Assembly (NCBI GenBank): GCA_035362275.1
Contig: DAOSDI010000001.1
Span: forward strand, 22,777-86,776
Direction: 5' to 3'
Length of the DNA stretch: 64,000 nt
Source of the DNA: Candidatus Pacearchaeota archaeon
GTDB taxonomy: Bacteria > Patescibacteriota > Minisyncoccia > Minisyncoccales > UBA5738
The notes under the pieces are model-generated. The model was not told where the DNA came from, did not search any database, and saw nothing but the letters and a program-made list of their open reading frames with translations. Both the position numbers and the translations under genes were made by a program. Positions 20,518 through 31,557 of this stretch are shown here, piece after piece (positions within the stretch are counted from its first letter, which is position 1; every line of letters starts with the position of its first letter).

Positions 20518-20925
20518 ATGAATTTTAAAATTATTGCGGGTTGGGTTTTGATCGTTGCGGGATTGGCGGTGATCGGTGCCGCGGTCAACGCCTCATACCG
20601 CTATTTCACGGCCAAGGCGGAATTTCCGGCGGTGTTTGAAATCTCGGCAAAAAATCCGGCGGGCGATTTGCCGTCGCAAGCCGGAATTGAAAATCTTTCG
20701 GCGGAGGAAGCACAGAATTATTTGCAAAATCAGATACAATATTCAATTAATCGCGCTTTGGTTGATATGCTTCCCGATGATGCGATTGCCAAAATGCTCA
20801 ACATTCTTTCGTGGTCAATCTTTGGCACATTTTTGATTTTCGCGGGCGGAAAAATTTCCTGGCTGGGCGTGCAGTTATTGTCCGTGAGAAATGAAAGCGC
20901 GCAAAAAACGAATCAACCAAGCTAG
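20518..20925 (+). CDS. Hypothetical 2-TM protein
   Basis: N- and C-terminal TM helices. Confidence 0.7.
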   Translation: MNFKIIAGWVLIVAGLAVIGAAVNASYRYFTAKAEFPAVFEISAKNPAGDLPSQAGIENLSAEEAQNYLQNQIQYSINRALVDMLPDDAIAKMLNILSWSIFGTFLIFAGGKISWLGVQLLSVRNESAQKTNQPS

Positions 20926-20944
20926 CGGTGGGGCGGGCGAAATA

Positions 20945-21580
20945 TCAGCTTCCCTGCACCAGCGGCACGAATGCGAATCCTTCATAGCGGGTTTCGCTGA
21001 AAGTGTTGTTTTTGCTTTTTTCAATCTTTGCCAGCGCGTTTTGCACCGGCGCCACGATCGTGCCGCCGGTTTTCAGTTGCGCTTCCCACGCCGGCGGAAC
21101 GCTCGGTGCGGCCGCGGATGCCAAAATCCGGTCGTAAGGCGCTTGCGGCAAATACCCTTTTGATCCGTCGCCGATCACGCATTGGACGGTGCGGTTTTTA
21201 ACGAAACCGTATTTGGCGATGTTTTCTTTGCCGAATTCGGCCAGCGGCTTTATCCTTTCAATCGCCACCACTTTTCCCCGCGCGCCGTTTTGCGAAACGA
21301 TGTGCGCCAAAAGCGCGCCGGTCCATCCCGATCCGTAGCCGATGTCCATAATTTTATCGCCCGGACGGGGTTGCAGAAGCTCCAGCATAAACGCCACGGT
21401 TGCCGGCTGGGAAATGGTTTGCGCGAATCCGATGGCAACGGCCTCATCCATTTCGGCCGCGATGCGCCGGTGCGGCAAATCCGGGGGCAAAAAGTCTTTT
21501 CTCTTGATCGCGCGAAACGCCGCGATAATCCGCGGAGTTTTCAAATAGCCCGCATTGATCAAATCGTCAATTAATGCCAT
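20945..21580 (-). CDS. pcm: Protein-L-isoaspartate O-methyltransferase
   Basis: QTISQP, DIGYGSGW, APYDRI. Confidence 0.92.
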   Translation of the reverse strand: MALIDDLINAGYLKTPRIIAAFRAIKRKDFLPPDLPHRRIAAEMDEAVAIGFAQTISQPATVAFMLELLQPRPGDKIMDIGYGSGWTGALLAHIVSQNGARGKVVAIERIKPLAEFGKENIAKYGFVKNRTVQCVIGDGSKGYLPQAPYDRILASAAAPSVPPAWEAQLKTGGTIVAPVQNALAKIEKSKNNTFSETRYEGFAFVPLVQGS

Positions 21581-21664
21581 AAATTTTGCCAAAAAGCGCC
21601 CGAAAGGCGCCTTTTGCGGTTAAACGATTATGTCCGGATGTTTTTATGGGCATAATGCCATATA

Positions 21665-23077
21665 TTATTTTGTCGGGTCGTTGACTTTTCCCATAAACAA
21701 GATCGCGCCGGTTTGGTTGTGGACGATGGCGAAAATAAACGGCCGGTCGGCGTTGAAAATTTTTGCTTGCGGCGGTTCCATTACCGCGGGCGCTTGCATT
21801 GCCACTCCCGTGGCCGCGGCGGCCTCGGTCCCTTCTTCGTAGACATCAACATAGGCCTTATGGATCACCAAGCCGATATAAAGATTTTCCGGTGTTTTTG
21901 TTTTGTCATACATTCCGGAAAAATCGGCATTCGCATCGTCAAACGCGGTGGGCATTCCCATTTTTGCCAGCGTTTGGTTCATATTATATGATGTGTCAAA
22001 TTTGAATTTCGGCAAAAACACATTTACCAATTCGTTTTTTAAAGATTTTTTAACATTACCCAGACCGGCGGCCGCCAATTCTTTTTCCGCGGCCTCAATT
22101 TTACCGTTTTCGGGCAAAACGACGATCATTGACAAATCGCTGTCTTCATAGGGCAATTCCAGCGCTTGATAGTCGGCGGTTTGGGCATATCCGAAATCAT
22201 CTTTGATGTTCATCATCCGGCATTTGGTTTTTGCGCCGGTTGATGCGGTGAAATCTTTTTCCTGAGTCAGCATTTCTTCAAACGGGGTCGCCCACTTGCC
22301 TTTGAAATAAACCGCGTTGGTCAAAACCAATCTTGTCAACGGATTGAGCGTTCCCGCCGCGAATAATTCCGGAATTTTTTGCGCGGTTTTGCCGCTCACC
22401 CATTCATTGATGGTTTTGCGGGAATTTTCCGTGTCGCCGGCAAAATCCAAATTGGCGGCTTTGCCGTGATAATAGGTTTCCGCGGTTTTTAAATAATTTT
22501 GGTCAAACGGATAATCCGTTTGCGCCCAGAGCGCGTTGGCGGTGGAAAGCCGGTAGTTCGCGTTTTGCGGGTTTATCTGTTCATAAAGCTTGGCAAACGA
22601 TCCGATGCGCGCGGCGTTGTCTTCGGGAAAATGAAACACCGATCGCATTTCTGCGGCGGTTTTTCCGCGCGCGCCCTCGTATGTCATTTGCAGGGCCGAC
22701 GATATGCTGTGGGGCGAGAAAAAGAGATTCTCGTCCGTGTTTTTATATTCGCCGTATAGTTCAAGCGCGAATTGATTGGCGGCGTTTACGATCGGGGATG
22801 AATCTTGTCCGGTCTCGTATTCAACAAATGTCTCCGGCGAAGCAACGGACCCTTCCGCCTCCGGGATTGTTTCCCCGTCCCCTTCATTTTCGTTCGCCAG
22901 ATTTTCGTCCAAAAGTTCGGGACTTGCGGAAAAATTAATTTCCGGCATATCAATATTTTCCGGCGGCGCGGAATAAAAACGGTAGGCATACCAGCCGGCG
23001 CCGATTGCCGCGGCGATCGCCAATATTAACACGATCAATATGGCCAATATCGCGCTTCCTTTTTGATTGTTTTTCAT
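21665..23077 (-). CDS. Membrane-anchored serpin
   Basis: NLFFSPHSI, NAVYFKGKW, EEGTEAAAAT hinge, FNADRPFIF, LFMGKV. Confidence 0.95.
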   Translation of the reverse strand: MKNNQKGSAILAILIVLILAIAAAIGAGWYAYRFYSAPPENIDMPEINFSASPELLDENLANENEGDGETIPEAEGSVASPETFVEYETGQDSSPIVNAANQFALELYGEYKNTDENLFFSPHSISSALQMTYEGARGKTAAEMRSVFHFPEDNAARIGSFAKLYEQINPQNANYRLSTANALWAQTDYPFDQNYLKTAETYYHGKAANLDFAGDTENSRKTINEWVSGKTAQKIPELFAAGTLNPLTRLVLTNAVYFKGKWATPFEEMLTQEKDFTASTGAKTKCRMMNIKDDFGYAQTADYQALELPYEDSDLSMIVVLPENGKIEAAEKELAAAGLGNVKKSLKNELVNVFLPKFKFDTSYNMNQTLAKMGMPTAFDDANADFSGMYDKTKTPENLYIGLVIHKAYVDVYEEGTEAAAATGVAMQAPAVMEPPQAKIFNADRPFIFAIVHNQTGAILFMGKVNDPTK

Positions 23078-23221
23078 AATTTGTCCGCTCGTCGCGGAAC
23101 GGTTATTTACATCGCGCCATCAATTGAAATCAATAAATTCCTTGGATTAACGCCGAAGGCGCGGTTCTCAAACGCGATCTCAATGTTTCTTATTTTAAAG
23201 ATAACATAATCGGCGGAAAAA

Positions 23222-24946
23222 TCACCAGCCCCCGCCGCCTCCTCCCCCGCCGCCTCCGCCGACTCCGCCCCCGCCGTGCGCTCCCGAAGAAGTGCCGGTA
23301 TTGGCCGCGATACCGGCGGAGATTGAATTTATTTGCGAAGCAAAGCTATCGGCGTTGAATCCGTTGGCAAAACTGCCGGCATACCAGGCCGGATGGTAAT
23401 TGGCAAAATATTCCTTGCCGTAGATATCCTCCATTTTTTTGGCCCAAAGTTTGGCGATGCCGAAAACGATCGCATAGGGCAAAAATTTTTCAAAAATATT
23501 TTCTTTTTCGTGGAATCGCGTCCGGTATTTTTCGGCGGTTTCCATATACAGTTTGAAGCCCTTGATGCGCCAATTTAATTGGGCGCCTTTTGGCGTGCGC
23601 TTGGGCATCAATAAGCCGAAAATCAATACCACGGCGGCCGAAATTCCAAAAGCGATGATGGCAAATAAATTTTCCGTGCCGGCGCCGGCAAAGGCGGCGA
23701 AGATTAAAATAACCGCCAAAACCAAAAATATCCCTTTAAGCGTTAATCCGCTTGAATGGATAAATTGTTTTTGTTTCAGATTGTTTATTGCGGTTTTTTT
23801 GATCTCCGGCAATTCTTTGTAAAATTCATTTTTCAATTTTGACAGTAAAATTTCTTGTCTTTGGCCGAATAATTTTTTAAGCAATAATTCTTCGGTTTCG
23901 TTTAGCGGAGGATGGTCGTTGTCCCGAACCCGTTCCAGACGGAAATTCTGTTGGCCGAATATGCCTTGTTTGGGAATTTCTTCAATGATGATATATTTTT
24001 TAACCGCCAGATCAATGATTGTTGCCGTGATCAGTTTGTCGCCAAAACTTCCGTTTTGCGCCAACAAGCCGACTTCTATGGGGGTTAGATTATCGGGAAT
24101 TTCAAATTCGGGAATCACGGTTTTGTCAACGCGCGGGTCTTTGCCGTATTTATTCCAGATCAAAAACGAAACGATAAAAAGAAACAGCGGGATTAAAAAC
24201 CACAAATAACCGCCGTAGAGTTCAAAAAAACTCGGTTGATAGGGAGCGATTATGCCCTTGGGAAACGTGATTGATGCGGTGATTCCCTGCCGCGGAGACA
24301 GCGTTTGCGTTGAGGCGACGCGCAAAATATTGTCACCGGTCCATTGATGATCGGCCGCGGAATTTTCTTTTTCGCCGAGATCGCCGCCATAAAGATAAAT
24401 CTCGGAATTTTCTTTGTTTATTCCTTGAGGGAAAATAATGTCTGCCGTGAATTTATCAATATCAATTTCCCAAAATTCGCCGCTTAAATTCCAATATAAT
24501 TCGTCAAAATCGAAATTGCCGCCGCGGACGGCGTTTTTAACCAAATAAGTTATTTTGTAATAATTTTCGCCGGTGGTGATTTTGGCGGAATCGCCGATTT
24601 TCCAAGCGACGGTATGGTTGAAATTATCTTTGGTTTCGGAATATTTAATCGGTTGACCGTCAAAATCCGTGATTGAAATCAATTTCACGGGAGCTTTAAC
24701 GGTTCCTTTTTCGGTTTTTGTTTCAAGCGGCACCACGCGGAAAATTCCGTGCTTGTCGGGCAAATCGCCGCAATCGGCAACAATCTTTTCTTCCACCAAT
24801 AAAGATGAATCGGTGTTGACCGTTATCGTTGACTGAAAATCCTTAATGTACCAATCGGTAATTTGGCTTGCTTCCCTTGCTCCCGCCGGATGGGGCAATG
24901 TTAAAAACATCGCTAAAACAATTAAAATTTGGTAGAAATTTTTCAT
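23222..24946 (-). CDS. DUF2207 membrane protein
   Basis: ELYWN, FEKFLPYAIVFG, Gly-rich C-terminus ending in W. Confidence 0.88.
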   Translation of the reverse strand: MKNFYQILIVLAMFLTLPHPAGAREASQITDWYIKDFQSTITVNTDSSLLVEEKIVADCGDLPDKHGIFRVVPLETKTEKGTVKAPVKLISITDFDGQPIKYSETKDNFNHTVAWKIGDSAKITTGENYYKITYLVKNAVRGGNFDFDELYWNLSGEFWEIDIDKFTADIIFPQGINKENSEIYLYGGDLGEKENSAADHQWTGDNILRVASTQTLSPRQGITASITFPKGIIAPYQPSFFELYGGYLWFLIPLFLFIVSFLIWNKYGKDPRVDKTVIPEFEIPDNLTPIEVGLLAQNGSFGDKLITATIIDLAVKKYIIIEEIPKQGIFGQQNFRLERVRDNDHPPLNETEELLLKKLFGQRQEILLSKLKNEFYKELPEIKKTAINNLKQKQFIHSSGLTLKGIFLVLAVILIFAAFAGAGTENLFAIIAFGISAAVVLIFGLLMPKRTPKGAQLNWRIKGFKLYMETAEKYRTRFHEKENIFEKFLPYAIVFGIAKLWAKKMEDIYGKEYFANYHPAWYAGSFANGFNADSFASQINSISAGIAANTGTSSGAHGGGGVGGGGGGGGGGGW

Positions 24947-24947
24947 A

Positions 24948-25544
24948 TTAATTTTTCAGAATGCCGACAGTTGGATAACCCGACAGTATCTGTTTGCTGT
25001 GTTCGTCGTAAAATTCGGCGGTGACATCATATCCGGCCGAACAGCCGCGGTGTTGGCCGTTTATGAATAACGCGCTTACATCATAGACAATATTGTCCAC
25101 GGCAATGTATGCGGGTTGGTTGTTTTTGCCGTTGTATTCTGCCAGTTCCGCGGCGGTGAAAGTTTTTTCCGCCGCGGCGTTGCCGGCGTTATTTTCCGCG
25201 GCGGGCATGCCTTCAACCGCCGCCGGTTTTTGGTAAAAAAATCCGATGTAAGCGAATATAACGATAAATCCCGAATAAATTAAAACCAGCGAAGCCAAGG
25301 ATGCGGAATTCCATTTGCGCCACCGCACCAGCGATAAACGAATTGCAAAAAACGTGTGGATGGAAAACGCGATCAGGCCGATGGGGGTTAGAATATTTGA
25401 ATGCAGATTGGATGCCAGCCGTTCATCAATTATCCCTTTGGTCATTCCATAGCCGCTGATGAAAAAAAGAATGATCGTCGCCAAAAGCGTCCACGCCGCG
25501 GCGCGGTCAATTTTTACCTGCCAGCATTGAAAATTTTTATTCAT
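24948..25544 (-). CDS. Membrane protein with cytochrome b5-like heme/steroid-binding domain
   Basis: 3 TM then FTAAELAEYNG..AYIAVD..VYDVS..H..AG.D. Confidence 0.8.
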   Translation of the reverse strand: MNKNFQCWQVKIDRAAAWTLLATIILFFISGYGMTKGIIDERLASNLHSNILTPIGLIAFSIHTFFAIRLSLVRWRKWNSASLASLVLIYSGFIVIFAYIGFFYQKPAAVEGMPAAENNAGNAAAEKTFTAAELAEYNGKNNQPAYIAVDNIVYDVSALFINGQHRGCSAGYDVTAEFYDEHSKQILSGYPTVGILKN

Positions 25545-25681
25545 TTTTTAAATTGATTGCTTTTTGTCATTCTAGCAAAAAATCGCGCTTCGCGCGATAT
25601 GGTTTGCATATAAAATTATCACCGGATTGAGCAAGCGATCTTGAAGCGGGGGCTTCGGGACATTTTGGCGGCCGGATAAAA

Positions 25682-27439
25682 TCATTCAATGAAGCCGGAA
25701 GATTGCAGGCGCCAGAGTTTGCGATAGATGCCGTCTTTTTTGCGAATCAGGGATTGGTGGGAACCTTGTTCAATGATCGTGCCGCCTTTTAACACCACCA
25801 CGCGGTCCATTTTGCGGATGGTGCTCAGGCGGTGTGCGATGGCGATCACGGTTTGGTCTTTCATCAAGGCGTCAAGCGCGTCTTGAATAAGCGCCTCGGA
25901 CTTTGAGTCCAAAGATGAGGTCGCCTCGTCCAAGATCAGGATCGGTGCGTGTTTCAGAATCGCCCGGGCGATGGCCACTCGTTGGCGTTCGCCTCCGGAA
26001 AGTTTAACGCCCCGCTCGCCCACCATTGTTTGGTATCCGGCGGGCATTTTTTGGACGAATTTGTCGCAATGCGCCATTTGCGCGGCGGCGATTACATCTT
26101 CATCGGACGCTTCCGGCCGGCCGTAGCGGATATTTTCCAAAATTGAACGATGGAACAAAACCGGATCCTGCGGTACCAGAGAAATGTTTTTCCTTAAACT
26201 TTCCTGGGTGATTTCGCGAATATCGTTGCCGTCAATCAATATCCGGCCGCCGGTCGGTTCAAAAAGACGCAATAACAGGCCGGTGAGAGTGGTCTTCCCC
26301 GCGCCCGACGATCCCACGATGGCCACCTGCTCGCCTGAATTGATGGACAGATCAAAATTTTTTAAAATTATCCGGTCGTCTTGAAAACCGAAAACGATGT
26401 TTTCAAAATCAATTTTACCCTTGACGCCCGCCAAAATTTTTGCCCCGGGAAAGTCTTTGATTTGATGGGGGGTTTCCAAAATTTCCACCATTTCTTTGGA
26501 ATCCGCTATCGCTTGATATATCCCGCGAAACATCCGGTTCACCCCCCAAAGCTGGTGGGAAATGCCGATGACGTATGTTTGCACCAAAACGAAGGTACCG
26601 ATAAACGCCTGTCCGGATTGCCAGAGCAAAACGGTGTAATAAAAGGCGGCAAATTCCACAATGATAATTAAAAAATGCTGGGTAATATTGGCGGCGTTTG
26701 AAAGTTGCCAGGTAGTGATCGTTTTTTGCGCCTGATCGTCGGAAACTTTTTTAAAGTCGCTTGATTCGGAACGATAGCTGTTAAAAAGCTTGACCGAAAT
26801 ATAATTGACGATATTGTCGGAAAGAAATCCGGTGGTTTTTGAATCTGCCGCCGCGCGGGCCACATCATATTTAATCTTCCAGCGCGAGAAAATAAAATTG
26901 GCGGCAATGACCAAGAGCGACCAGATTATGATGACCAATGCGATAGGCGGCGCCAGAAACGCGGTAACCGCAATGGATCCCAAAATATATATGGCGATGG
27001 GGATTAAATTAAAAACCAGATTGTCCATCAATATTTCAAACGCGTAAGCGAAACGGTTGACTTTTTGGACCAGGCTTCCGGTGAAATTGTTGACGAAAAA
27101 TTTACGCGAATGGAGCATCAGGTAATCAAATGATTTTTGTTTCAATCGTGCCATTATTTTGGCAGTCGCCAAACTCAAAGAAAAATGCGCGATCGCGGCA
27201 AACAGCCAATTGGCCAAATTGATTCCTGCGATGACGGCAATGATGCCGATTAAAACTTCCGCCGGCGCCGATTGGCCCAATTCGTCAAAAAACCGCTTGT
27301 AAAAAACCGGAATCGCCAGTTCAATCAACTGAAAAACGGTGAACGCGCCCACGCAGACCCAAAAAAGCCGCCGGTGCGGCAGAACGCCCTCCCAAAGATG
27401 GCCCAAAATCGTTTTCAGCGAGATTTGTTTTTTTTCCAT
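25682..27439 (-). CDS. ABC exporter, fused permease/ATPase
   Basis: 6 TM, GSSGAGKT, LSGGERQR, LDEATS, AHRLST. Confidence 0.95.
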   Translation of the reverse strand: MEKKQISLKTILGHLWEGVLPHRRLFWVCVGAFTVFQLIELAIPVFYKRFFDELGQSAPAEVLIGIIAVIAGINLANWLFAAIAHFSLSLATAKIMARLKQKSFDYLMLHSRKFFVNNFTGSLVQKVNRFAYAFEILMDNLVFNLIPIAIYILGSIAVTAFLAPPIALVIIIWSLLVIAANFIFSRWKIKYDVARAAADSKTTGFLSDNIVNYISVKLFNSYRSESSDFKKVSDDQAQKTITTWQLSNAANITQHFLIIIVEFAAFYYTVLLWQSGQAFIGTFVLVQTYVIGISHQLWGVNRMFRGIYQAIADSKEMVEILETPHQIKDFPGAKILAGVKGKIDFENIVFGFQDDRIILKNFDLSINSGEQVAIVGSSGAGKTTLTGLLLRLFEPTGGRILIDGNDIREITQESLRKNISLVPQDPVLFHRSILENIRYGRPEASDEDVIAAAQMAHCDKFVQKMPAGYQTMVGERGVKLSGGERQRVAIARAILKHAPILILDEATSSLDSKSEALIQDALDALMKDQTVIAIAHRLSTIRKMDRVVVLKGGTIIEQGSHQSLIRKKDGIYRKLWRLQSSGFIE

Positions 27440-27574
27440 TTTTTCGTTTTTCAATTCTGTTGCCAATTATATCCTAACCTTTAAAGGGAAAATCCGCAAT
27501 TTTAGGTGCCGGCCGGTTTTGTTTTTTGGCGAAATATTTTTTTGCGGCTATAATTAAAAAGTCAGATATTTTTT

Positions 27575-28858
27575 TTGGATCATTGGATCAATGGAACGAT
27601 GAAGGCTCCCAACAAACTGCAAGCGACGATCAAAGCGATCCGCACCAAGCCCAAAACGCGCTTGGCGGTTTTTAAGAATTTGCTTTCCGCCCAACAGGCG
27701 CAAATTTGCCTGATCCTGAGCAAGCATTTGGTCTATGATCTTTTGAGCCGTTTGGAGGATTTGGAAGTTGCCGCGATTTTGGAAAATCTGGATCCCGACG
27801 AAGCGACCGACATTCTCCAGCTTTTTCCGGCGCCGAAAAGAACCGACCTTTTGGAAATATTGAGTTCGCGGATGAAGCACGCGGTGGAAAGGCTTTTGGG
27901 GTTTGACCCCAAAACGGCGGCGGGGCTGATGAATGTGGATTATATCCAAGTGGGCGAAAACGAAACCATTGCCGCAGTGGCCAGGCAATTCAAAATCCAC
28001 GAGAAACGCACCGGCCGATTGCCGGCGATTATCGTTTTAAGATCCGACGGCAAGCTGGCCGGATATTTGCCCGGCCACGAGTTGGGATTTGCGCAGTTGA
28101 AAGATAAGGCTAAAAAATATGCCCGCAGAATCGCCACTATCCGCCATTCGGCCACCCATGAAGAAGCGGTGGATCTTTTTCGCGCCTATCCTCATGCCAA
28201 AATCGCCGTGATCGGAGCGAACGATAACGTGATGGGCATCATCTATTCCGACGATATTGCCCGCATTCTGCGCGAACAGACGGCGGCGTCTTTGTATGAT
28301 TTTGCCGGCGTTTCCAAAGAAGAAAGCGTGTTCGGCAGTGCGCGGGAAAAAATAAAATTCCGCTATAAATGGCTGATCATTAACTTGGGCACTTCGTTTT
28401 TGGCGGCGTTTGTGGTGAGTATGTTTGACCAAACCATCGCCAAATATGTTTTGCTGGCGGTATATATGCCCATTATCGCGGGAATGGGCGGCAATGCCGG
28501 CACACAGGCAATGGCGGTGATGGTGCGCGGCATCACGCTCAAACAGATTGATTTTAAATCTTCTTTGGGCGCATTAAAAAACGAATTACTTTCCGGCCTT
28601 GCCAACGGCGCGATTAACGGCGCGTTGGTGGCGATGGTGATTTTACTTGTCAATCGCGATCCGTTATTGGCGTTAGTGCTGTTTTTGGCGATGATTGTCA
28701 ATTTGGTGGTGGCCGGAACGGCAGGCACCATGGCGCCGCTGTTGATGGCCAGATTGGGCAAGGACCCGGCATCGTCGGCAACGATTTTCATCACCACCGC
28801 CACCGACGTTTTGGGCTTTTTCGCTTTTCTTGGTCTGGCCGCCCTATTATTGCCCTGA
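27575..28858 (+). CDS. mgtE: Magnesium transporter MgtE
   Basis: CBS region, MGGNAGTQ, DPA..ITTATDVLG. Confidence 0.9.
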   Translation: MDHWINGTMKAPNKLQATIKAIRTKPKTRLAVFKNLLSAQQAQICLILSKHLVYDLLSRLEDLEVAAILENLDPDEATDILQLFPAPKRTDLLEILSSRMKHAVERLLGFDPKTAAGLMNVDYIQVGENETIAAVARQFKIHEKRTGRLPAIIVLRSDGKLAGYLPGHELGFAQLKDKAKKYARRIATIRHSATHEEAVDLFRAYPHAKIAVIGANDNVMGIIYSDDIARILREQTAASLYDFAGVSKEESVFGSAREKIKFRYKWLIINLGTSFLAAFVVSMFDQTIAKYVLLAVYMPIIAGMGGNAGTQAMAVMVRGITLKQIDFKSSLGALKNELLSGLANGAINGALVAMVILLVNRDPLLALVLFLAMIVNLVVAGTAGTMAPLLMARLGKDPASSATIFITTATDVLGFFAFLGLAALLLP

Positions 28859-29236
28859 AAACAAAAGGCTTGATTCTTTTGGAGCAACCACCCACCGAAT
28901 CTAAAATAAAAAAGGTCTATCCCTTGTTACTGCGAGGGTTAGGCGCCTTAGACCTTTTTAATTCTGCGAAATATCATTGCTTTAATCAAAGCGGTTTCTT
29001 CCAAAATTTTGGGTTTGTATAAAAAAATGTGAAACTCAACTATAATGTTGTTTCACCTGCGGGGAATTTCCCCCGCCTTCTTCGCGTTCGCCAAGAGATT
29101 TTTTCTCATCTGTCTTGATGGGCAAAAGTATGCCCGCAATTTCCTCATCTTTATCCATTTTAAAACCACCGATTAGAAAATAACAGATAATTTTTATAAA
29201 CGCAATGAGGCGGAATGTTTTTGCGCGAGGATGGAG

Positions 29237-30640
29237 CTAAATTTCAAAGCTTTGGGAAAATTCGGGAATGTTGACGGTAATATTGGGAAGGGATTGTCGG
29301 GTGATTTGCGCAAAGGCTTCGGCTTGCGGCGTTTCGGCATGGACCAAAAACAAGTTTTTCAATCCCTTAATGCCCGCGGCGTAATTTAACAGATCTTCCC
29401 GGTCGGCGTGGGCGCTTAACTCGTTGAGCGCCGTTATTTTGGCGCGCACGTCGTGCCATCGGTCAAAAATCTTCACGGGGGTTTGCTTCTCCAAAATTTT
29501 TCTTCCCAGCGTGTTTTCCGCCTGAAATCCGGTGATTAAAACGATGTTATCGGTGTTGCCGATGCCGTTTTTCAAATGGTGCAGGATCCGGCCGCCTTCG
29601 CACATTCCCGATCCGGCGACAACGACAAACGGTCCGGATTTGCCGTTGAGCGATTTTGATTCCGCGGCGGATTGGACATATTTCAAGTTATTGAAATTGA
29701 AAGCGGCGTTTCCGTCATCGCCGAATTCCCTCCTGAAATCATCGTCAAAAAGATGGGCGTAGCGGGGGAAAATTTTGGTGATTTTATCTCCCAAAGGGGT
29801 GTCAATGTATATCGGCAGTTTGGGAATGGCTTTTTGCTTGATGAGCAAATGCAGGATATAAATCAGTTCCTGGGTTCTTCCCAGGGAAAACGCGGGGACG
29901 ATGATTTTGCTTTTCTTGCGCGCCGCGGTTTTGACAATATCTTTCACCTTTCCTAATACTTGCGGCATTGGTTGATGCGTGCGGTTGCCGTAGGTGCATT
30001 CCATTATCAAAGTTGGCGCGGTTTCTTGAATGCTTTCGGGGGCGCGCAATATCGGCAGTTCATCGCGCCCCAGATCGCCGGAAAACACCAAATTTTTAAC
30101 GTTGTTATTTTCGTTGATTTCCAGCGATATCGCCGCCGATCCCAAAATATGGCCGGCGTCATGGAATTTGAAGCGGATATTTTCATTTATTTTTGTCCAC
30201 TCGCCGCCCGAGGAAAAATAATCCACGGTTTTGAAACATTCAATCACCCGTTGCACATCCTCTTGGGTGTAAATGGGGGCAATCGGCTCTCTGCCGACAG
30301 GATGGGAATTGTAATATTCGCAATCGTGCTTTTGAATGTTGGCCGAGTCCAGCAGGATCAACTCGGCGATTTCGGCGGTGGCGGGAGTGCAGTAGATTTT
30401 TCCGGCAAAGCCGTTTTTCACCAATGTTGGCAACGATCCGCAATGATCCAAATGCGCGTGCGACAAAATTACGGCATTGATGTTTTTTGCCTCAAACGGA
30501 AGATGGCGGTTTTGTTGGTTGGCGTCGGTCCTTTTTCCTTGATAAAAACCGCAGTCAAGCAAAAGACCGAATCCTTGGGTTTCTATCAGATGTTTTGATC
30601 CGGTGACGTTTTTTGCCGCGCCCCCAAAAGTGATTTTCAT
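29237..30640 (-). CDS. MBL/beta-CASP ribonuclease
   Basis: HAHLDH, AGHILGS, SGDLG, ECTYG, LSAHAD, LVHAE. Confidence 0.93.
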   Translation of the reverse strand: MKITFGGAAKNVTGSKHLIETQGFGLLLDCGFYQGKRTDANQQNRHLPFEAKNINAVILSHAHLDHCGSLPTLVKNGFAGKIYCTPATAEIAELILLDSANIQKHDCEYYNSHPVGREPIAPIYTQEDVQRVIECFKTVDYFSSGGEWTKINENIRFKFHDAGHILGSAAISLEINENNNVKNLVFSGDLGRDELPILRAPESIQETAPTLIMECTYGNRTHQPMPQVLGKVKDIVKTAARKKSKIIVPAFSLGRTQELIYILHLLIKQKAIPKLPIYIDTPLGDKITKIFPRYAHLFDDDFRREFGDDGNAAFNFNNLKYVQSAAESKSLNGKSGPFVVVAGSGMCEGGRILHHLKNGIGNTDNIVLITGFQAENTLGRKILEKQTPVKIFDRWHDVRAKITALNELSAHADREDLLNYAAGIKGLKNLFLVHAETPQAEAFAQITRQSLPNITVNIPEFSQSFEI

Positions 30641-31557
30641 TTGAAGTATTGGAATAAAGCGTTGATGCCGGCCAGATTTTTTTGCCATTCAATGCTTTGG
30701 TGCGTGGCCAGTTCCACGGTGATGGCGGAAATGTGGATTGATGCCAGCCAGTCGGTGGCATCTCCCGAAACTTGATATTGGTCAAAAGTGTCTTTGGCCG
30801 GATATCCGGACGCCTTGGCGTAGGCGTTGAGAATCGCGCGGGTTTCATCGGACATATCCGCGTTGCACATTGAGCCGTAGACCGCGTTGGATTGGCTGTG
30901 CCAAAAAACGACCGCCGCCGGCTTGTTTTTCAAAACATAATCGCGCAACGCCGCGCTTTCCGGTTCCGAAAATGCCGCACTGCCGGCGTTCACCTCTTTT
31001 TGCCGCCAGATGCCTTTGGGTTGCCAATTGCAATCAAAGTTGCGGTTCAGGTCCACATTGTTGGCGTTGAAGCGTCCCGTCTCGTTGGTGCCGGCGGGAA
31101 TGTCGGCGGCGGCAAACCGTCCCTCTTTGCCGGCAATCTTGGCCAACCCGTCGGGATTGAGCGCGGGAATCACCGCCACCGACAAATTTTTTGGAACAAT
31201 TTCGGGATTTGTCTCCAGATAATCAATAAATTCCCAAGCCAAAAGCGCGCTGTTCCATTCATAGCCGCCGTGGATGGCGCCCGCAAAGACCAGCAATTTG
31301 CCGCCGTTGCCGAAACGATAGATTTCAATCGGGCGGTTTTGTGCCGAATAGCCGATAATTTCATATTCGGGGGCGGAGGTATCTTTGAGCTCCTTTGGCG
31401 GCAACGGTTCTTCGCCTTCAATTTCTTTCTTTATGGCGGGTGTTACCGATTCTGTTTTGATTCGGGTATTTTCAAACAATACCCATAAAATCGCGGCCAG
31501 CAAAATCGCGCAAATTCCGGCGGCGGCAGTCAATTGGCGGTTGGAAAAAGGTTTCAT
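30637..31557 (-). CDS. Membrane-anchored M14 zinc carboxypeptidase (intact active site)
   Basis: IHGGYE, NPDG, VDLNRNF, WHS, ITVEL. Confidence 0.9.
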   Translation of the reverse strand: MKPFSNRQLTAAAGICAILLAAILWVLFENTRIKTESVTPAIKKEIEGEEPLPPKELKDTSAPEYEIIGYSAQNRPIEIYRFGNGGKLLVFAGAIHGGYEWNSALLAWEFIDYLETNPEIVPKNLSVAVIPALNPDGLAKIAGKEGRFAAADIPAGTNETGRFNANNVDLNRNFDCNWQPKGIWRQKEVNAGSAAFSEPESAALRDYVLKNKPAAVVFWHSQSNAVYGSMCNADMSDETRAILNAYAKASGYPAKDTFDQYQVSGDATDWLASIHISAITVELATHQSIEWQKNLAGINALFQYFK

